Positions 30,575 through 41,993 of a DNA stretch of 64,000 nt are shown piece by piece. The notes below the pieces were generated by a model. That model ran no database searches, had not been told where the DNA came from, and was given only the letters and a program-made list of their open reading frames with translations. The translations under genes were made by a program, and so were the position numbers. The stretch is from assembly GCA_965213705.1 (NCBI GenBank), contig OZ243913.1, positions 3,200,001-3,264,000 on the forward strand. The letters are read 5' to 3'. Each line of letters opens with the position of its first letter. The stretch's first letter is position 1. This DNA comes from Trueperaceae bacterium. Its GTDB lineage: Bacteria; Deinococcota; Deinococci; Deinococcales; Trueperaceae.

Positions 30575-30935
30575 CGTTGAGGGCCTTGTCCCGGTAAACC
30601 TTGTCCTCGAGCGAAGGCGCGCGAATCATGAACGTCTCGACGGGCGTTTCGACGCTCAAAATCGCGTGGTACAGCCCAGTCGGGAAACAGCAAAACTCGC
30701 CCGCCGAAACCGTGTAGACCTCTTCCTCAACTCGAACGGTCAAGCTGCCCTTCAAGACGATGAAGCACTCGTCGCTGTCCCTGTGGGCGTGCAGACCGTC
30801 GTCTTGCCAAGGCTCATCGGTGTTGTTGTACCAAATTTGCAACTTCTGAGAGGTGAAGCCGACGGTGTCGGGTGGCTTGCGGCCGGTGAGCAGGGTTGAA
30901 AAGTCGGGCAGTTTGCGGTGGTGAAAGGTCGGCAT
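30567..30935 (-). CDS. Cupin domain protein
   Basis: HAH..SDECFIVLKG and GEFCCFPTGLYH motifs. Confidence 0.85.
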   Translation of the reverse strand: MPTFHHRKLPDFSTLLTGRKPPDTVGFTSQKLQIWYNNTDEPWQDDGLHAHRDSDECFIVLKGSLTVRVEEEVYTVSAGEFCCFPTGLYHAILSVETPVETFMIRAPSLEDKVYRDKALNDG

Positions 30936-30971
30936 GGTGCCGAGTTTACACCCTGAGCCTACAGCTTGGAT

Positions 30972-31739
30972 TTATATCCTGGGCAAAATCACCGGCAGGC
31001 GACTCCCCGGCTGCTGGAACACGTGAGCGTCGGTTTGGTAGACCTCACGCAGCAACGTTTCGGTGAAGACCTCTGCCGGTCGGCCTACCGCCACGACGCG
31101 GCCCGCGTTCAAAACGAGCACGCGGTCACAGGCCCTCGCCGCCAAGTTCAGGTCGTGGAGCACGGCAAGCACGCCCAAACCGGCAGCAGCCTCACGCCTG
31201 GCAAGACCCAAAATCTCGGTTTGGTACTTGAGGTCGAGGTGATTCGTCGGCTCGTCGAGGAGAAGGTAGCGCGGTTGTTGCGCCAGCGCCAGCGCCAACA
31301 GCACCCGCTGCCGCTCGCCGCCCGACAACGTGGCGGCGACACGGTCCCGCAAGCGCCACACGTCCGCGGCGCGCATCACGCGCTCGACGACGGTGTAGTC
31401 CTGACGAGACTCGCGCGCCAAAAAGCCCAGGTGCGGGGTGCGGCCCATGAGAACGAGTTCGAGCGCCGTGAACGCCGCCGGCACGTCGCCCGCCTGCGGC
31501 ACCACGGCGATTTGCCGGGCCAGCTCGAGCCTTGACGAGCGCCGCAGGTCGCGCCCGTCAAGCGTCACACGGCCGGCGTCCGGCGCGAGCACCCGCGTCA
31601 GGAGTTTTATCAAAGTTGATTTGCCCGCCCCGTTCGGCCCGACGATTCCGAGGACTTCACCGGGGTTCAGCTCGAGGGTCACGTCGTCCAAAACGGGTGT
31701 CCGCCCGTAGCCGAAACTCACGTTTTGCACGCTTATCAT
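30972..31739 (-). CDS. Cobalamin/Fe-siderophore ABC transporter ATPase (BtuD-like)
   Basis: GPNGAGKST, LSGGERQR, LLDEPTNHLD. Confidence 0.92.
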   Translation of the reverse strand: MISVQNVSFGYGRTPVLDDVTLELNPGEVLGIVGPNGAGKSTLIKLLTRVLAPDAGRVTLDGRDLRRSSRLELARQIAVVPQAGDVPAAFTALELVLMGRTPHLGFLARESRQDYTVVERVMRAADVWRLRDRVAATLSGGERQRVLLALALAQQPRYLLLDEPTNHLDLKYQTEILGLARREAAAGLGVLAVLHDLNLAARACDRVLVLNAGRVVAVGRPAEVFTETLLREVYQTDAHVFQQPGSRLPVILPRI

Positions 31740-32791
31740 TCAGCCCGACCCTTTTGACGGCGCAACAGGTACAGAAAAAACGGCCCGCCGACCAGAGCTG
31801 TGACGACGCCGATAGGGATTTCGCCCGGCGCGATGACGGTGCGCGCCAGCAGGTCGGCGAGCACCAAAAAGAGCGCGCCGAGAACCGCCGCCGTCGGCAC
31901 GAGTCGGCGGTGGTCGGGGCCGAGCGCGAGTCGCACGGCGTGGGGCACCATCAAGCCTACAAAGCCGATAATGCCCGACACGCTCACCGCCGCCGCGGTA
32001 GCGAGCGTCGCCACGCTCAACAGCGCGAGTTTGAACGTCTCGGTCGACAGCCCGAGCTGCGCGGCCTGCGTCTCGCCGAGTTGCAACAGGTTGAGGGCGC
32101 GCGCCGACGCTTGCACGACCACGGCCGTCAGCAGCACGAACGGCAGCACCGCGGCAAGCTTGCTCCAGCTCGAGAACGCGAAGCTGCCGAGCAGCCAGGC
32201 CAACACCCCCGCCGCCTGTTCACGCGACGCCAGCATCACGAAGGAAGTTAGGGCGCTCAGGCTCGAGCCCACCACCACCCCCGCCAAAATCAGCGACACC
32301 AGCGGCACGCCGCGCCCCTGCCGCGCGAGGGCGTAAACGAGCAAAACGCTCAGCAGTGCGAACACGAACGCGACCGGCGGCACGCCGAGGCGCGCCAACA
32401 GCGGCACGCTGCCCCCGAAGACGATAGCGAGCGTCGCCCCGAAACCCGCCCCGCTCGCCACGCCGAGGAGGTAGGGGTCGGCGAGCGGGTTGCGAAACAA
32501 CCCCTGATACGCGACGCCCGCAAGCGACAAAGCCGCGCCGACGAGCGCGGCCGTGAGCACTCGCGGCAAGCGCAACTGCCAGATGATGGTGTCCGCCGGG
32601 CCGGACAGGGTGCCGAAAACGCCGTGCCACAGCGCGCGCAGGGTTTCGGCGGGCGGTACCGCCACCGAGCCGACACTCGTCGCCAGCAACATTGCCGCCA
32701 GCAACGCCAACGTGACGAGGGCCAGCGGCGTCCAGCGTGGGGGGCGCACGCGCCGCGCCGACGCTTTCGAACGACCGGCCGCCGACTGCAC
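31736..32791 (-). CDS. FecCD/BtuC permease
   Basis: LRLPRV, RNPLADP, GIIGFVGL, EIPIG. Confidence 0.92.
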   Translation of the reverse strand: MQSAAGRSKASARRVRPPRWTPLALVTLALLAAMLLATSVGSVAVPPAETLRALWHGVFGTLSGPADTIIWQLRLPRVLTAALVGAALSLAGVAYQGLFRNPLADPYLLGVASGAGFGATLAIVFGGSVPLLARLGVPPVAFVFALLSVLLVYALARQGRGVPLVSLILAGVVVGSSLSALTSFVMLASREQAAGVLAWLLGSFAFSSWSKLAAVLPFVLLTAVVVQASARALNLLQLGETQAAQLGLSTETFKLALLSVATLATAAAVSVSGIIGFVGLMVPHAVRLALGPDHRRLVPTAAVLGALFLVLADLLARTVIAPGEIPIGVVTALVGGPFFLYLLRRQKGRAE

Positions 32792-33676
32792 TTAGAACAA
32801 GCCGGAATGCAGAAAACTTGCGAACAGTTTGACCGTGTCGCCCATGCGCGGACCCGGCCGGTTGACGAATTCGCCTTGCGCGTCGCTGAGTTCGAACACC
32901 TGCCCCGACCCCAGCGCGCTCAAACTCGCCCAGCCGGGCCGGGCTTGAAGCGTCGCGGCGGACTCGCCGGGGGCGTCGGCGAGGATGATAATATCCGGGT
33001 CGGTCGCGATGACGAACTCCGGGTCGAGTTGCGGAAAGTCGCCGAGTTCGGCGGGTGAGACGGTCTCGCCCCCCGCTTTCGCCAACAGCGTGCCGATAAA
33101 CGACTCCGGCCCGACGCTGTAGGGGGTCGGGTCGATTTCGTAGTAGACCGTTTTGACGGGCAACGCGCTCGTCAGCTCGGCGACCGCCTCGATTTCTCCC
33201 CGCACGCGCCCGACGAGCAGCGCCGCTTGAGTTTCGCGGTTGACGAGTTCGCCGACCACACCGAAAAAGGTGAAGGTGTCTTCGACCGTCTGCGGACTGC
33301 CCGCGTACACCGTGAGTCCGGCGTCACCGAGAAGCTGCGCGAGTTCGCCGTACTCGGTCACAAAGACAAGGTCGGGCTCGAGCGCCACAATCGCCTCGAC
33401 GTCCGGCCCGCCCTCCACGCCGGTCAAGCCGCCGCCGAGTTGGGGCAGCCGGGTAACCTCTTCCGGGTAGGTACTAAAGGTGTCCACGCCGACGAGTTTG
33501 TCGCAGGCGTTTATAGCGCAGAGCGTTTCGGTGTCGCTCGGCAACATCGAGACGACGCGCACCGGCTCGCGCTGCAGGGTGAGTTCGCGGCCAAGTTCGT
33601 CGGTGACGGTGAGGGGATAGGTGGTGGCGAAGGCTAGGCCGAACAACCACAAGCTTAAAACCAACAAACGCTTCAC
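32792..33676 (-). CDS. Cobalamin-binding periplasmic protein (BtuF-like)
   Basis: Signal peptide, YPLTVTD, RVVSM.PS.TE, RPGPR; lies downstream of a Cbl riboswitch. Confidence 0.88.
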   Translation of the reverse strand: MKRLLVLSLWLFGLAFATTYPLTVTDELGRELTLQREPVRVVSMLPSDTETLCAINACDKLVGVDTFSTYPEEVTRLPQLGGGLTGVEGGPDVEAIVALEPDLVFVTEYGELAQLLGDAGLTVYAGSPQTVEDTFTFFGVVGELVNRETQAALLVGRVRGEIEAVAELTSALPVKTVYYEIDPTPYSVGPESFIGTLLAKAGGETVSPAELGDFPQLDPEFVIATDPDIIILADAPGESAATLQARPGWASLSALGSGQVFELSDAQGEFVNRPGPRMGDTVKLFASFLHSGLF

Positions 33677-33703
33677 AAAAGCCTCCAAAGGCTCTTGCGG
33701 GCA

Positions 33704-33730
33704 AAAGAAAAGCCATCCCGTTTGGAATGG
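33704..33730 (-). terminator. Riboswitch expression-platform terminator
   Basis: CCATTCC-AAAC-GGGATGG followed by CTTTTCTTTT on the minus strand. Confidence 0.65.
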
Positions 33731-33795
33731 AAGGAAGCCTCGAGGTCTCGAGTGCCACCTTTCCTCGTCCTCGCAAGGGGTGCAGTTTATGAAGT

Positions 33796-33868
33796 GCGTC
33801 TGGCATTCGGGCTTTCACCGTTGCGGGACAGCGCCGGACTTACACCGGTCTTCCCCAGACACCTTCAG
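33796..33868 (-). ncRNA. Cobalamin riboswitch (compact form)
   Basis: GGGAA.ACCGGTGTAAGTCCGGCGCTGTCCCGCAACGGTGAAAGCCCGAATGCC B12-box features, closed by GTCTGG/CCAGAC. Confidence 0.9.
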
Positions 33869-34193
33869 AAGCAAGCTTACGGCGGGACCGGGGCTTTGTC
33901 AACCGGAACGCTGACGCTCGCCAGGGCTACCGTAAAGCCACACAAAAGGGGCGTGTTTGCGAACGAACGCGAAGCAACTAATTGAAGTGCGCTGGCAGTG
34001 AGGTGGGCGTGAGGTTGCCTCAACGCTTCCGCTTCCAAGGCTACGCCCGACTGCGCGAGCGCTACGACATGTGTGAAAGCTGACTTTGCGATTGCCCTGC
34101 GACGCTTCTAGGTTAAAGGTATTTAGAACCAATCCGCTTGACGAGACATTTGTCCGACGCGGGCCGCGCGTCCCACCTTTTATACTGGAGGTT

Positions 34194-34787
34194 GTGCAGC
34201 GCACCCTATTGTTATTTCTCGCAACTGCCCTCCTTGCGGGCTTGGGCTACGGCGCGTACACGCTGGGCCGGTGGGCGGCGGCGCCCGAACTAGGCGGTAC
34301 CGCGCTGCAAAACCCCGTCGACGTGCGCGGGCTGACTTTGACGGGTGCAGACGGTCAAACCGTGTTCGGCGACTTCAAAGGTGAAACGGTGCTGGTCTTT
34401 TTCGGCTATACCCAGTGCCCGGACGTGTGCCCGGTCACCCTGGCGCGGTTGGCAAAACTCTACCGCGACCTGGGCGAGCCGACCGGTCTAAAAGTCGTGA
34501 TGGTGACGGTCGACCCGGCCAACGACACGCCCGAGGCGACCCAACAATACGCAGCCTCGTTTCAGCCCGAGTTTGTAGGTTTGAGCGGCAGCAACGCCCA
34601 AATCGCGACCGCCGCCAAGACCTTTTTCGTCGGTTTGGGCGCAAACGGGGAACCCTTCGCGCACACCGACGCGGTTTTTCTAGTCAACCGCCAGGGGTAC
34701 TTTCAGACGGTTTATTCTCAGGCGAACTTAGAGGCTTTGGCGGCGGACGTAGCGAGCTTGGGCGGGAAACTCCGTAAGTCGGGCTGA
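34194..34787 (+). CDS. SCO1/SenC copper chaperone
   Basis: FFGYTQCPDVCP, TVDP..DT, conserved His in AHT; GGAGG RBS. Confidence 0.92.
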   Translation: MQRTLLLFLATALLAGLGYGAYTLGRWAAAPELGGTALQNPVDVRGLTLTGADGQTVFGDFKGETVLVFFGYTQCPDVCPVTLARLAKLYRDLGEPTGLKVVMVTVDPANDTPEATQQYAASFQPEFVGLSGSNAQIATAAKTFFVGLGANGEPFAHTDAVFLVNRQGYFQTVYSQANLEALAADVASLGGKLRKSG

Positions 34788-34813
34788 GCCTGAGCAGGTG
34801 CTGGAGGTCCCCC

Positions 34814-37000
34814 TTATAAATCCTGCTCATCCCCGAAATTTTGCTCGGGGCTCGTTTCGGGCAGGGTGAAGTAAAAGGTCGCGCCCGCACCGACCTCGCT
34901 CTCGGCCCAGAGCGTGCCGCCGTGGCGGTGGACGACGCGCTGGACCGTCGCCAAACCGATGCCGCTGCCCTCAAACTCCTGGGGGCTGTGCAGGCGCTGA
35001 AACGGGCTGAACAGCTTGGCCGCGTAACGCATGTCGAAACCGGCCCCGTTGTCGCGCACAAAAAAAGCGTCTTCGCCCGTCCGCCCGAAGGCGACCACGG
35101 CCGCTTCGCGGTGTTGCGTAAACTTCCAGGCATTGCCCAAGAGGTTTTCCAACACGACTTTGAGCAGCCGCGCGTCCCCCGCAGCGCTCAAACCGGGCTC
35201 CAGGTCGAACACCACCTCACGGTTTTTGTAGCGGTGGCCCAGGTCGGTGGCGACCGTTTGCGCCAGCTCGCTCAGGTCGAGCGGCGCTACTTTCATGTCG
35301 GCGCGCGCCAACCTCGAGAGGTCGAGCAGGTCATCGATGAGGTCGCCCATGCGCGTGGCCGCCGCCTGGATACGCGCCACGTAGTGAACCCCGGTTTCGT
35401 CGAGCTGGTCGCCGTAGTCTTCAAGGAGCGCTTCGCTGAACCCGGTCACACCGCGCAGCGGCGCGCGCAGGTCGTGTGACACCGAGTAGTTGAAAGCCTC
35501 CAACTCCTGGTTGAGCGCCCCCAACTTGGCAGTGCGGTCCTCGACGCGGACTTCTAAGTCGGCGTTCAGCGCCTTTAGTTTTTCCTCGGCTTCGCGCGAC
35601 GCGCGGTAAAGGTCGGCGTTGTCCACAGCCACCGCCGCGCGCCCGGCCAGTTTTTCAGCGAGGGCCAAGTCGTCGGCGTTGAAACGCCGTCCCGACTCCG
35701 CCCACACGAGCGTCAGCGCGCCGAGCGTCTGCCCGCGCGCGGTCAAGGGCACGATTAGCGCCGACTTCATGCCCACCGCGCGGATGAGTTGCCAGTGTTC
35801 CTCGTTTCGGGCGCTTGCCCTGAGCAAGTCGTCGGAAATGTCGGGGAACAGGGCGCGCTCGCCCGTAGCGACGACCTTGGCCGCGCCCTGCGAAGCGTTG
35901 GGGTCCGGCGGGTAAAGGTGGCGCAGCGTTCTCGCCAGCTCGAGCTTGGCCGGGTCGCTGTGAGCTATAGCGACCTGTCGCAGCGCACCGTCGGCACCGG
36001 GCATGTCGACCACACACCAGTCGGCGAGAAACGGCACCATCAGCTCGACCACCGTCTGCAAGGTCGACTCGATGTCGAGCGAACCCGCCAGCAGTTTGCT
36101 CGCTCCGGCCAGGTGGCGCAGCCGCTCCTCGCCCAGTTTGCGCTCGGTGACGTCGTAGTTGACGCCCAGCATATACAGCGCGACGCCGTTTTCGTCGCGA
36201 ACAAAGTTGCCCCGACCCGCCAGCCAGCGCAGCGACCCGTCGGCCGAATGCACGCGGAACTCATGGTCGTAAATACCGCGCTCTTCTCTAGCCGTGTCGA
36301 TGACGGTTTGCAGAGCGAGCAGGTCGTCCGAGTAAACCCGTTCGAAAACCAGCTTACCCGTGACGTGCTCGAGGCCTGGGTCGATGCCGAACAGCTTGCG
36401 GTCGGTGGTGTCGAAGCTGACTTCGTCGGTCGTCAAGTCCCATTCGAACGTGCCCATCGCGCCGGCGGTAAGCGCGAGCTGCAAGCGTTCTTCCTGACGG
36501 TTCAGCGCCGCCTCGCCCTGCAGCCGCGCGCTGATGTCCAGGCCGGTCGCCACCAGGTGAGTGACGCGCCCCGCAGCGCCGAAGACCGGCGCGACTTGGC
36601 AGTCCACCATGAGAAACCGGTCTTCGGTCAAGCGAACCCGCGCGGTGTAGGGACACGTTTCACCCGCGGCGGCGCGCCCCACGACGTCGCGCAAGCGGTC
36701 TTGCAGCGCCGGGTCGTACGCGTACCAGTAGGCTTGGGCCAAGTGCCGACCGACGACCTCCTCGGACTTTGCAGAAGTGATACTCAGGACTGGCCGGTTG
36801 ACCTCGAGCACTTCCCCCTCCGCCGAGAGCAGGGCGGCGAAAATAGGCAGCGCGTCCAGCACGTCTTGCACCTGCAGGTGGGCGTCCGGCTGTGAAGCGT
36901 TCCGGCGCTCTTGCGACTCTGCCAGGGGCGCGGCTTTCGTTGCGTCTTTCACCTCGGACCTCCTGGACGTTCGCGGGCGTTTCTCAAGCGTCACCGGCAT
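34814..37000 (-). CDS. PAS-PAS-GAF sensor histidine kinase
   Basis: SVSHDLRAPL H-box, NLLGNAWKF, DNGAGF, GIGLA; PAS/PAC and GAF segments. Confidence 0.93.
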   Translation of the reverse strand: MPVTLEKRPRTSRRSEVKDATKAAPLAESQERRNASQPDAHLQVQDVLDALPIFAALLSAEGEVLEVNRPVLSITSAKSEEVVGRHLAQAYWYAYDPALQDRLRDVVGRAAAGETCPYTARVRLTEDRFLMVDCQVAPVFGAAGRVTHLVATGLDISARLQGEAALNRQEERLQLALTAGAMGTFEWDLTTDEVSFDTTDRKLFGIDPGLEHVTGKLVFERVYSDDLLALQTVIDTAREERGIYDHEFRVHSADGSLRWLAGRGNFVRDENGVALYMLGVNYDVTERKLGEERLRHLAGASKLLAGSLDIESTLQTVVELMVPFLADWCVVDMPGADGALRQVAIAHSDPAKLELARTLRHLYPPDPNASQGAAKVVATGERALFPDISDDLLRASARNEEHWQLIRAVGMKSALIVPLTARGQTLGALTLVWAESGRRFNADDLALAEKLAGRAAVAVDNADLYRASREAEEKLKALNADLEVRVEDRTAKLGALNQELEAFNYSVSHDLRAPLRGVTGFSEALLEDYGDQLDETGVHYVARIQAAATRMGDLIDDLLDLSRLARADMKVAPLDLSELAQTVATDLGHRYKNREVVFDLEPGLSAAGDARLLKVVLENLLGNAWKFTQHREAAVVAFGRTGEDAFFVRDNGAGFDMRYAAKLFSPFQRLHSPQEFEGSGIGLATVQRVVHRHGGTLWAESEVGAGATFYFTLPETSPEQNFGDEQDL

Positions 37001-37201
37001 TATCCCTCGAGCCGCCCCCCGGGCGCGCGTAAAAAGTCACCTAGTCGCGTTTGGCAGCGGGTCTTTGCGGAGCTTCTACCGGCGGTTTCAGGAGCGATTG
37101 AGACGTAACCAATGCGAGACCCCTCCGGCTAGATAGGCCACCTCCCCTAAAAAGGGAGGTAAGGTCAAGACCGATTTGTCCGTCCTAGTGTCACGCGGAG
37201 G

Positions 37202-37344
37202 GGCCGAGGAAAGCCCGCCACCCAGGACCGAAAACCGCCGGGCGTTAGACCTTTCGTACCAGAGAGGACCAGTCCCACCCAAACGAACAGCAGCAAAAGG
37301 TTCGCGCGAACCTCCTGCTGCTGTTGCCCCCGTTCCCCGGCCAG
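37202..37344 (-). ncRNA. Candidate structured non-coding RNA (unassigned)
   Basis: TGnTATATT at 37359-37351; 5' GGCCGGGGAA pairs with UUCCUCGGCC about 130 nt later; internal 19-bp stem. Confidence 0.45.
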
Positions 37345-37440
37345 AACCCGAATATAGCAGAACCCGAGCGGCTTGGCTAGGTACGTGGGTCGCCTCGAGC
37401 ACCGACAGGTGTACCAGTCGAGTTCGGTGTAGAACAGCCT

Positions 37441-38610
37441 TCAGCGGATGATGTCGACCGGGTTCAGGGCGACGGCGCGGCGCGCCGGGACAATTCCGGC
37501 GACGGTGCTGGTCAGCAAGGAGAGACTGCAGACCCACACAAAGTCGAACACTTGCAGCTGCACCGGCAGTTGGGTGATGAAGTACAGGTCGCCCGGCAGC
37601 GGAAACGGCTTGAGCTTGAAGTACAAGCTGATGCCGAGGCCGAGCAGCGCGCCGAGCAGTGTGCCTGCCGCGCCGAGCGCAAAACCTTCGACTATGAACA
37701 CCGACAGAATTTGCCGCTGCGACGCGCCCATCGCCCGCAAAATGGCAATTTCTTCCGTTTTCTCCGCCACCGTCAAAATGAGCAGGTTGGCGATGCCCAT
37801 CGCCGCCACGAGCACGATCAAGAACACCACCACGCCGATGAGCGCCTTTTGCAAGCGCAGTTGCTCGATGAGGTTGGCGAACAGCTCTTGCCACGAGCGG
37901 GCGACGAGCCCGGTCTTGGCCGCAAGGTCACGGCCGACCGCGGCGGCCCGGTCGGGGTCCGCCACGCGGACGTGATAGCCGCTGATTTGCCCCTCCTTGC
38001 CGAGGTAGCTCTGCAGTGCGGGGACGGACGTGTACGACACCACCGCGTCGAGAAGTTCGTTGCCGACCCGGAAGGTGTCGGCAACCGTGAAAGCGCGGCG
38101 CTGTTGCGAAACGTTGAGAACTTGCACCTCTTCGCCCGGATAAACGCCGAGCTGGGTGTAGGCGAGCGAGCGGCCCAGGATGATTTCGTCGTCGGCCAAG
38201 GTGCCGAGCTGGGGCAAGTCGGGCAGCACGGCGCGCTCGAGCCTTGGGTCGATGCCGAACAGTTGCGTGTAGCCGTTGGTCGCGCTCAAACCGAGGTTGG
38301 CGTCGGCCCGCCGAAAGATGAGGGCTTGCGTGGTCAGGTAGGGCGCGACCGCCACGACGCCGGGTTGTTCTTCTAAAGTTTCGAGCGTGGTTTCTTCGAA
38401 CGGCAAGGTTTCGCCGGGCAGCGCGCTCAAACTGAGGTGCGGCGTCGCCTGCAGGGTGCTCCGCTCGATTTCGGCGATAAAGCCGTTCGTCAGTGACAAA
38501 GCTGTGATGAGCACCATCACCCCGACCGCGACGCCGACGACGGTCACGACGGTTTGTAGGGTGCGGCGGCGGACGTGCCGGTAGGCCAAAAAAAGAGTAA
38601 AGTGACGCAC
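37441..38610 (-). CDS. LolC/LolE-like (MacB/FtsX) ABC permease
   Basis: GVAVGV..LI..LS..NGF, EIAILRAMGA, DLYFI..LP, PARRA..LNP. Confidence 0.9.
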   Translation of the reverse strand: MRHFTLFLAYRHVRRRTLQTVVTVVGVAVGVMVLITALSLTNGFIAEIERSTLQATPHLSLSALPGETLPFEETTLETLEEQPGVVAVAPYLTTQALIFRRADANLGLSATNGYTQLFGIDPRLERAVLPDLPQLGTLADDEIILGRSLAYTQLGVYPGEEVQVLNVSQQRRAFTVADTFRVGNELLDAVVSYTSVPALQSYLGKEGQISGYHVRVADPDRAAAVGRDLAAKTGLVARSWQELFANLIEQLRLQKALIGVVVFLIVLVAAMGIANLLILTVAEKTEEIAILRAMGASQRQILSVFIVEGFALGAAGTLLGALLGLGISLYFKLKPFPLPGDLYFITQLPVQLQVFDFVWVCSLSLLTSTVAGIVPARRAVALNPVDIIR

Positions 38611-38791
38611 ACGCTACTCTACCCGATTCGGTTTTTTGGCGGCCTGCGCCGGGCGGCGGGGCTCTCGGGAACGAGGTGCGGCGGGGCGGGTGAAGGCGGC
38701 AACCCGCACGTGCCAGGGTTGTGTCGTAAACTCGACCCGACACGCGTCCTCTCCCGCGCGACGCGCGAACAAGAGTTTGAAAGGACGGTCA

Positions 38792-39760
38792 ATGACTATT
38801 TTGGTTACGGGTGCGGCGGGCTTTATCGGCTCCCACTTGTCGGAGCAACTCGCCCGGCGAGGGCACAGCGTCCTCGGCGTCGACTGCCTCACGCCTTACT
38901 ACAGCCAAGCGCTGAAAAGCTCGAACGTCCGGCACCTCGAGCGGTGCGGCGTCGTTTTCGAGCGCTGCGACTTGGCCGAAGACACCTTGTCAACTCACCT
39001 AAAAGGCGTCGACTTCGTTTTTCACCTGGCCGCCCAACCCGGTATCTCGGCGGCCGTGCCTTTCGCCGACTTCGAACGCAACAACGTGTGGGCGACGTAC
39101 CGACTGCTCGAGGCAACGCTGGCTTCGGGGGTACAAGGTTTTGTCAACGTCGCGACTTCGTCGGTTTACGGGGCCGACGCCACGGGCGACGAAACGGCCG
39201 AGGCCAAACCCACCTCGTTTTACGGCGTGACCAAGCTCGCTGCGGAACAGTTGGTGCTGGCGCAGGCGCGGGACAAAGGCTTTCCTGCTTGCTCCGTACG
39301 GCTTTTCTCGGTTTACGGCCCCAGGGAACGACCCGAAAAGCTTTTTCCCAAGCTTATCGACGCCGTCCTCACGAACCGACCTTTTCCCCTGTACGAAGGC
39401 AGCTTGAAGCACCTGCGCAGTTACACCTACGTCGGCGACATCGTCGACGGCCTGGTCGCCACGATGGACCGTTTTTCGGCGTGCAACGGTGAAATCTTGA
39501 ACTTGGGCACGGACACCGCCATAACGACGGGTGAAGGTGTTGCTATCGTCGAGACCCTCCTCGGCAAAAAAGCGAGGCTCGAGGTCACACCCAAACGCCC
39601 CGGCGACCAGCTCAAAACCCACGCCGACATCACAAAAGCCAGAAAACTCCTGCAGTACGACCCGTCCGTCACCCCGGAACAGGGACTCGAGAAAGAGGTG
39701 CAGTGGTACCGCGACGAGGTATTTGGGAAAATCAAGCTTTACAAGGAGCCGACCCGCTGA
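38792..39760 (+). CDS. NAD-dependent nucleotide-sugar epimerase (UDP-glucuronate 4-epimerase-like)
   Basis: TGAAGFIG, HLAAQPG, SSVYG, YGVTK, VYGPRERP. Confidence 0.9.
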   Translation: MTILVTGAAGFIGSHLSEQLARRGHSVLGVDCLTPYYSQALKSSNVRHLERCGVVFERCDLAEDTLSTHLKGVDFVFHLAAQPGISAAVPFADFERNNVWATYRLLEATLASGVQGFVNVATSSVYGADATGDETAEAKPTSFYGVTKLAAEQLVLAQARDKGFPACSVRLFSVYGPRERPEKLFPKLIDAVLTNRPFPLYEGSLKHLRSYTYVGDIVDGLVATMDRFSACNGEILNLGTDTAITTGEGVAIVETLLGKKARLEVTPKRPGDQLKTHADITKARKLLQYDPSVTPEQGLEKEVQWYRDEVFGKIKLYKEPTR

Positions 39761-39812
39761 CTTGTTTTCGAACCCTAACCGGGGCGACGTACCAAAGAAC
39801 CCGTCACAGGCC

Positions 39813-40424
39813 CTACTCCACAGCGGACAGGCGCGGCGGGGTCGTAAACTCGCTGTCGGCAGCGGCATAAAGTTCGGGGCCGACGCGGCCCCAGCGCACG
39901 ACCTCGACCTCGACCTGGCGAACGCCCCAGGTCACCGCGTCGGACAGCCGCGGAAACCACACGTCGACCTGCCGACGTTTGCGTTCGTGCATCGTGTCTT
40001 CGACAACGAAAACTTGTTCGTCGAGCAGGTCTTGAAAACGGCCCGCCCCGCGGCCGTTGTAGTAACCGCCCAAGTCTTTCAAGCGCACAAGCGAGCCGTA
40101 AGGGATGTCCGCGTCGAGCAAGTCCCTACTCACCGCGATGATGCCGAAGCGGGTAGTAGCCCCCGTCGCCGTGATGTTCGGCGTCGCGTCGGTCTGACTC
40201 TCGAGCGAGTTGTAGGCGGTCGCTTTAAGGGTAAAAACAGGTGTCGCCACCGGTCCCACCTGAGAGTTTCTCGAGACGGTACGTGCGTCTGCGAGGACGG
40301 TAACGCCCGGAACCAAGTTGAGACTAACCACTTTTTCAGGTTGCGGTGGCGCGCTGAAGGCGGTGATGAGAACGGCTAAAACCAACCCTACAGCGCAGAG
40401 TTTGCCACTGACATGAAGTGCCAT
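39813..40424 (-). CDS. 3D-domain secreted cell-wall protein
   Basis: ATAYNS...TD.TP.ITATG, IAVSRD, VEDTM, VDVW. Confidence 0.85.
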   Translation of the reverse strand: MALHVSGKLCAVGLVLAVLITAFSAPPQPEKVVSLNLVPGVTVLADARTVSRNSQVGPVATPVFTLKATAYNSLESQTDATPNITATGATTRFGIIAVSRDLLDADIPYGSLVRLKDLGGYYNGRGAGRFQDLLDEQVFVVEDTMHERKRRQVDVWFPRLSDAVTWGVRQVEVEVVRWGRVGPELYAAADSEFTTPPRLSAVE

Positions 40425-40451
40425 GCGCACCTCCCGAGTTGTAGAGCTTAA

Positions 40452-41993
<1,542 letters not shown>

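Noticed and set aside
37195..37230. RNase P RNA (GAGGAAAG on the plus strand) or an HDV-like ribozyme
   Set aside because: GAGGAAAGUCC, AGUGCCACAGAAA and the 3' ACAGAA..GGCUUA elements are absent; HDV P1/P1.1 pairing could not be completed
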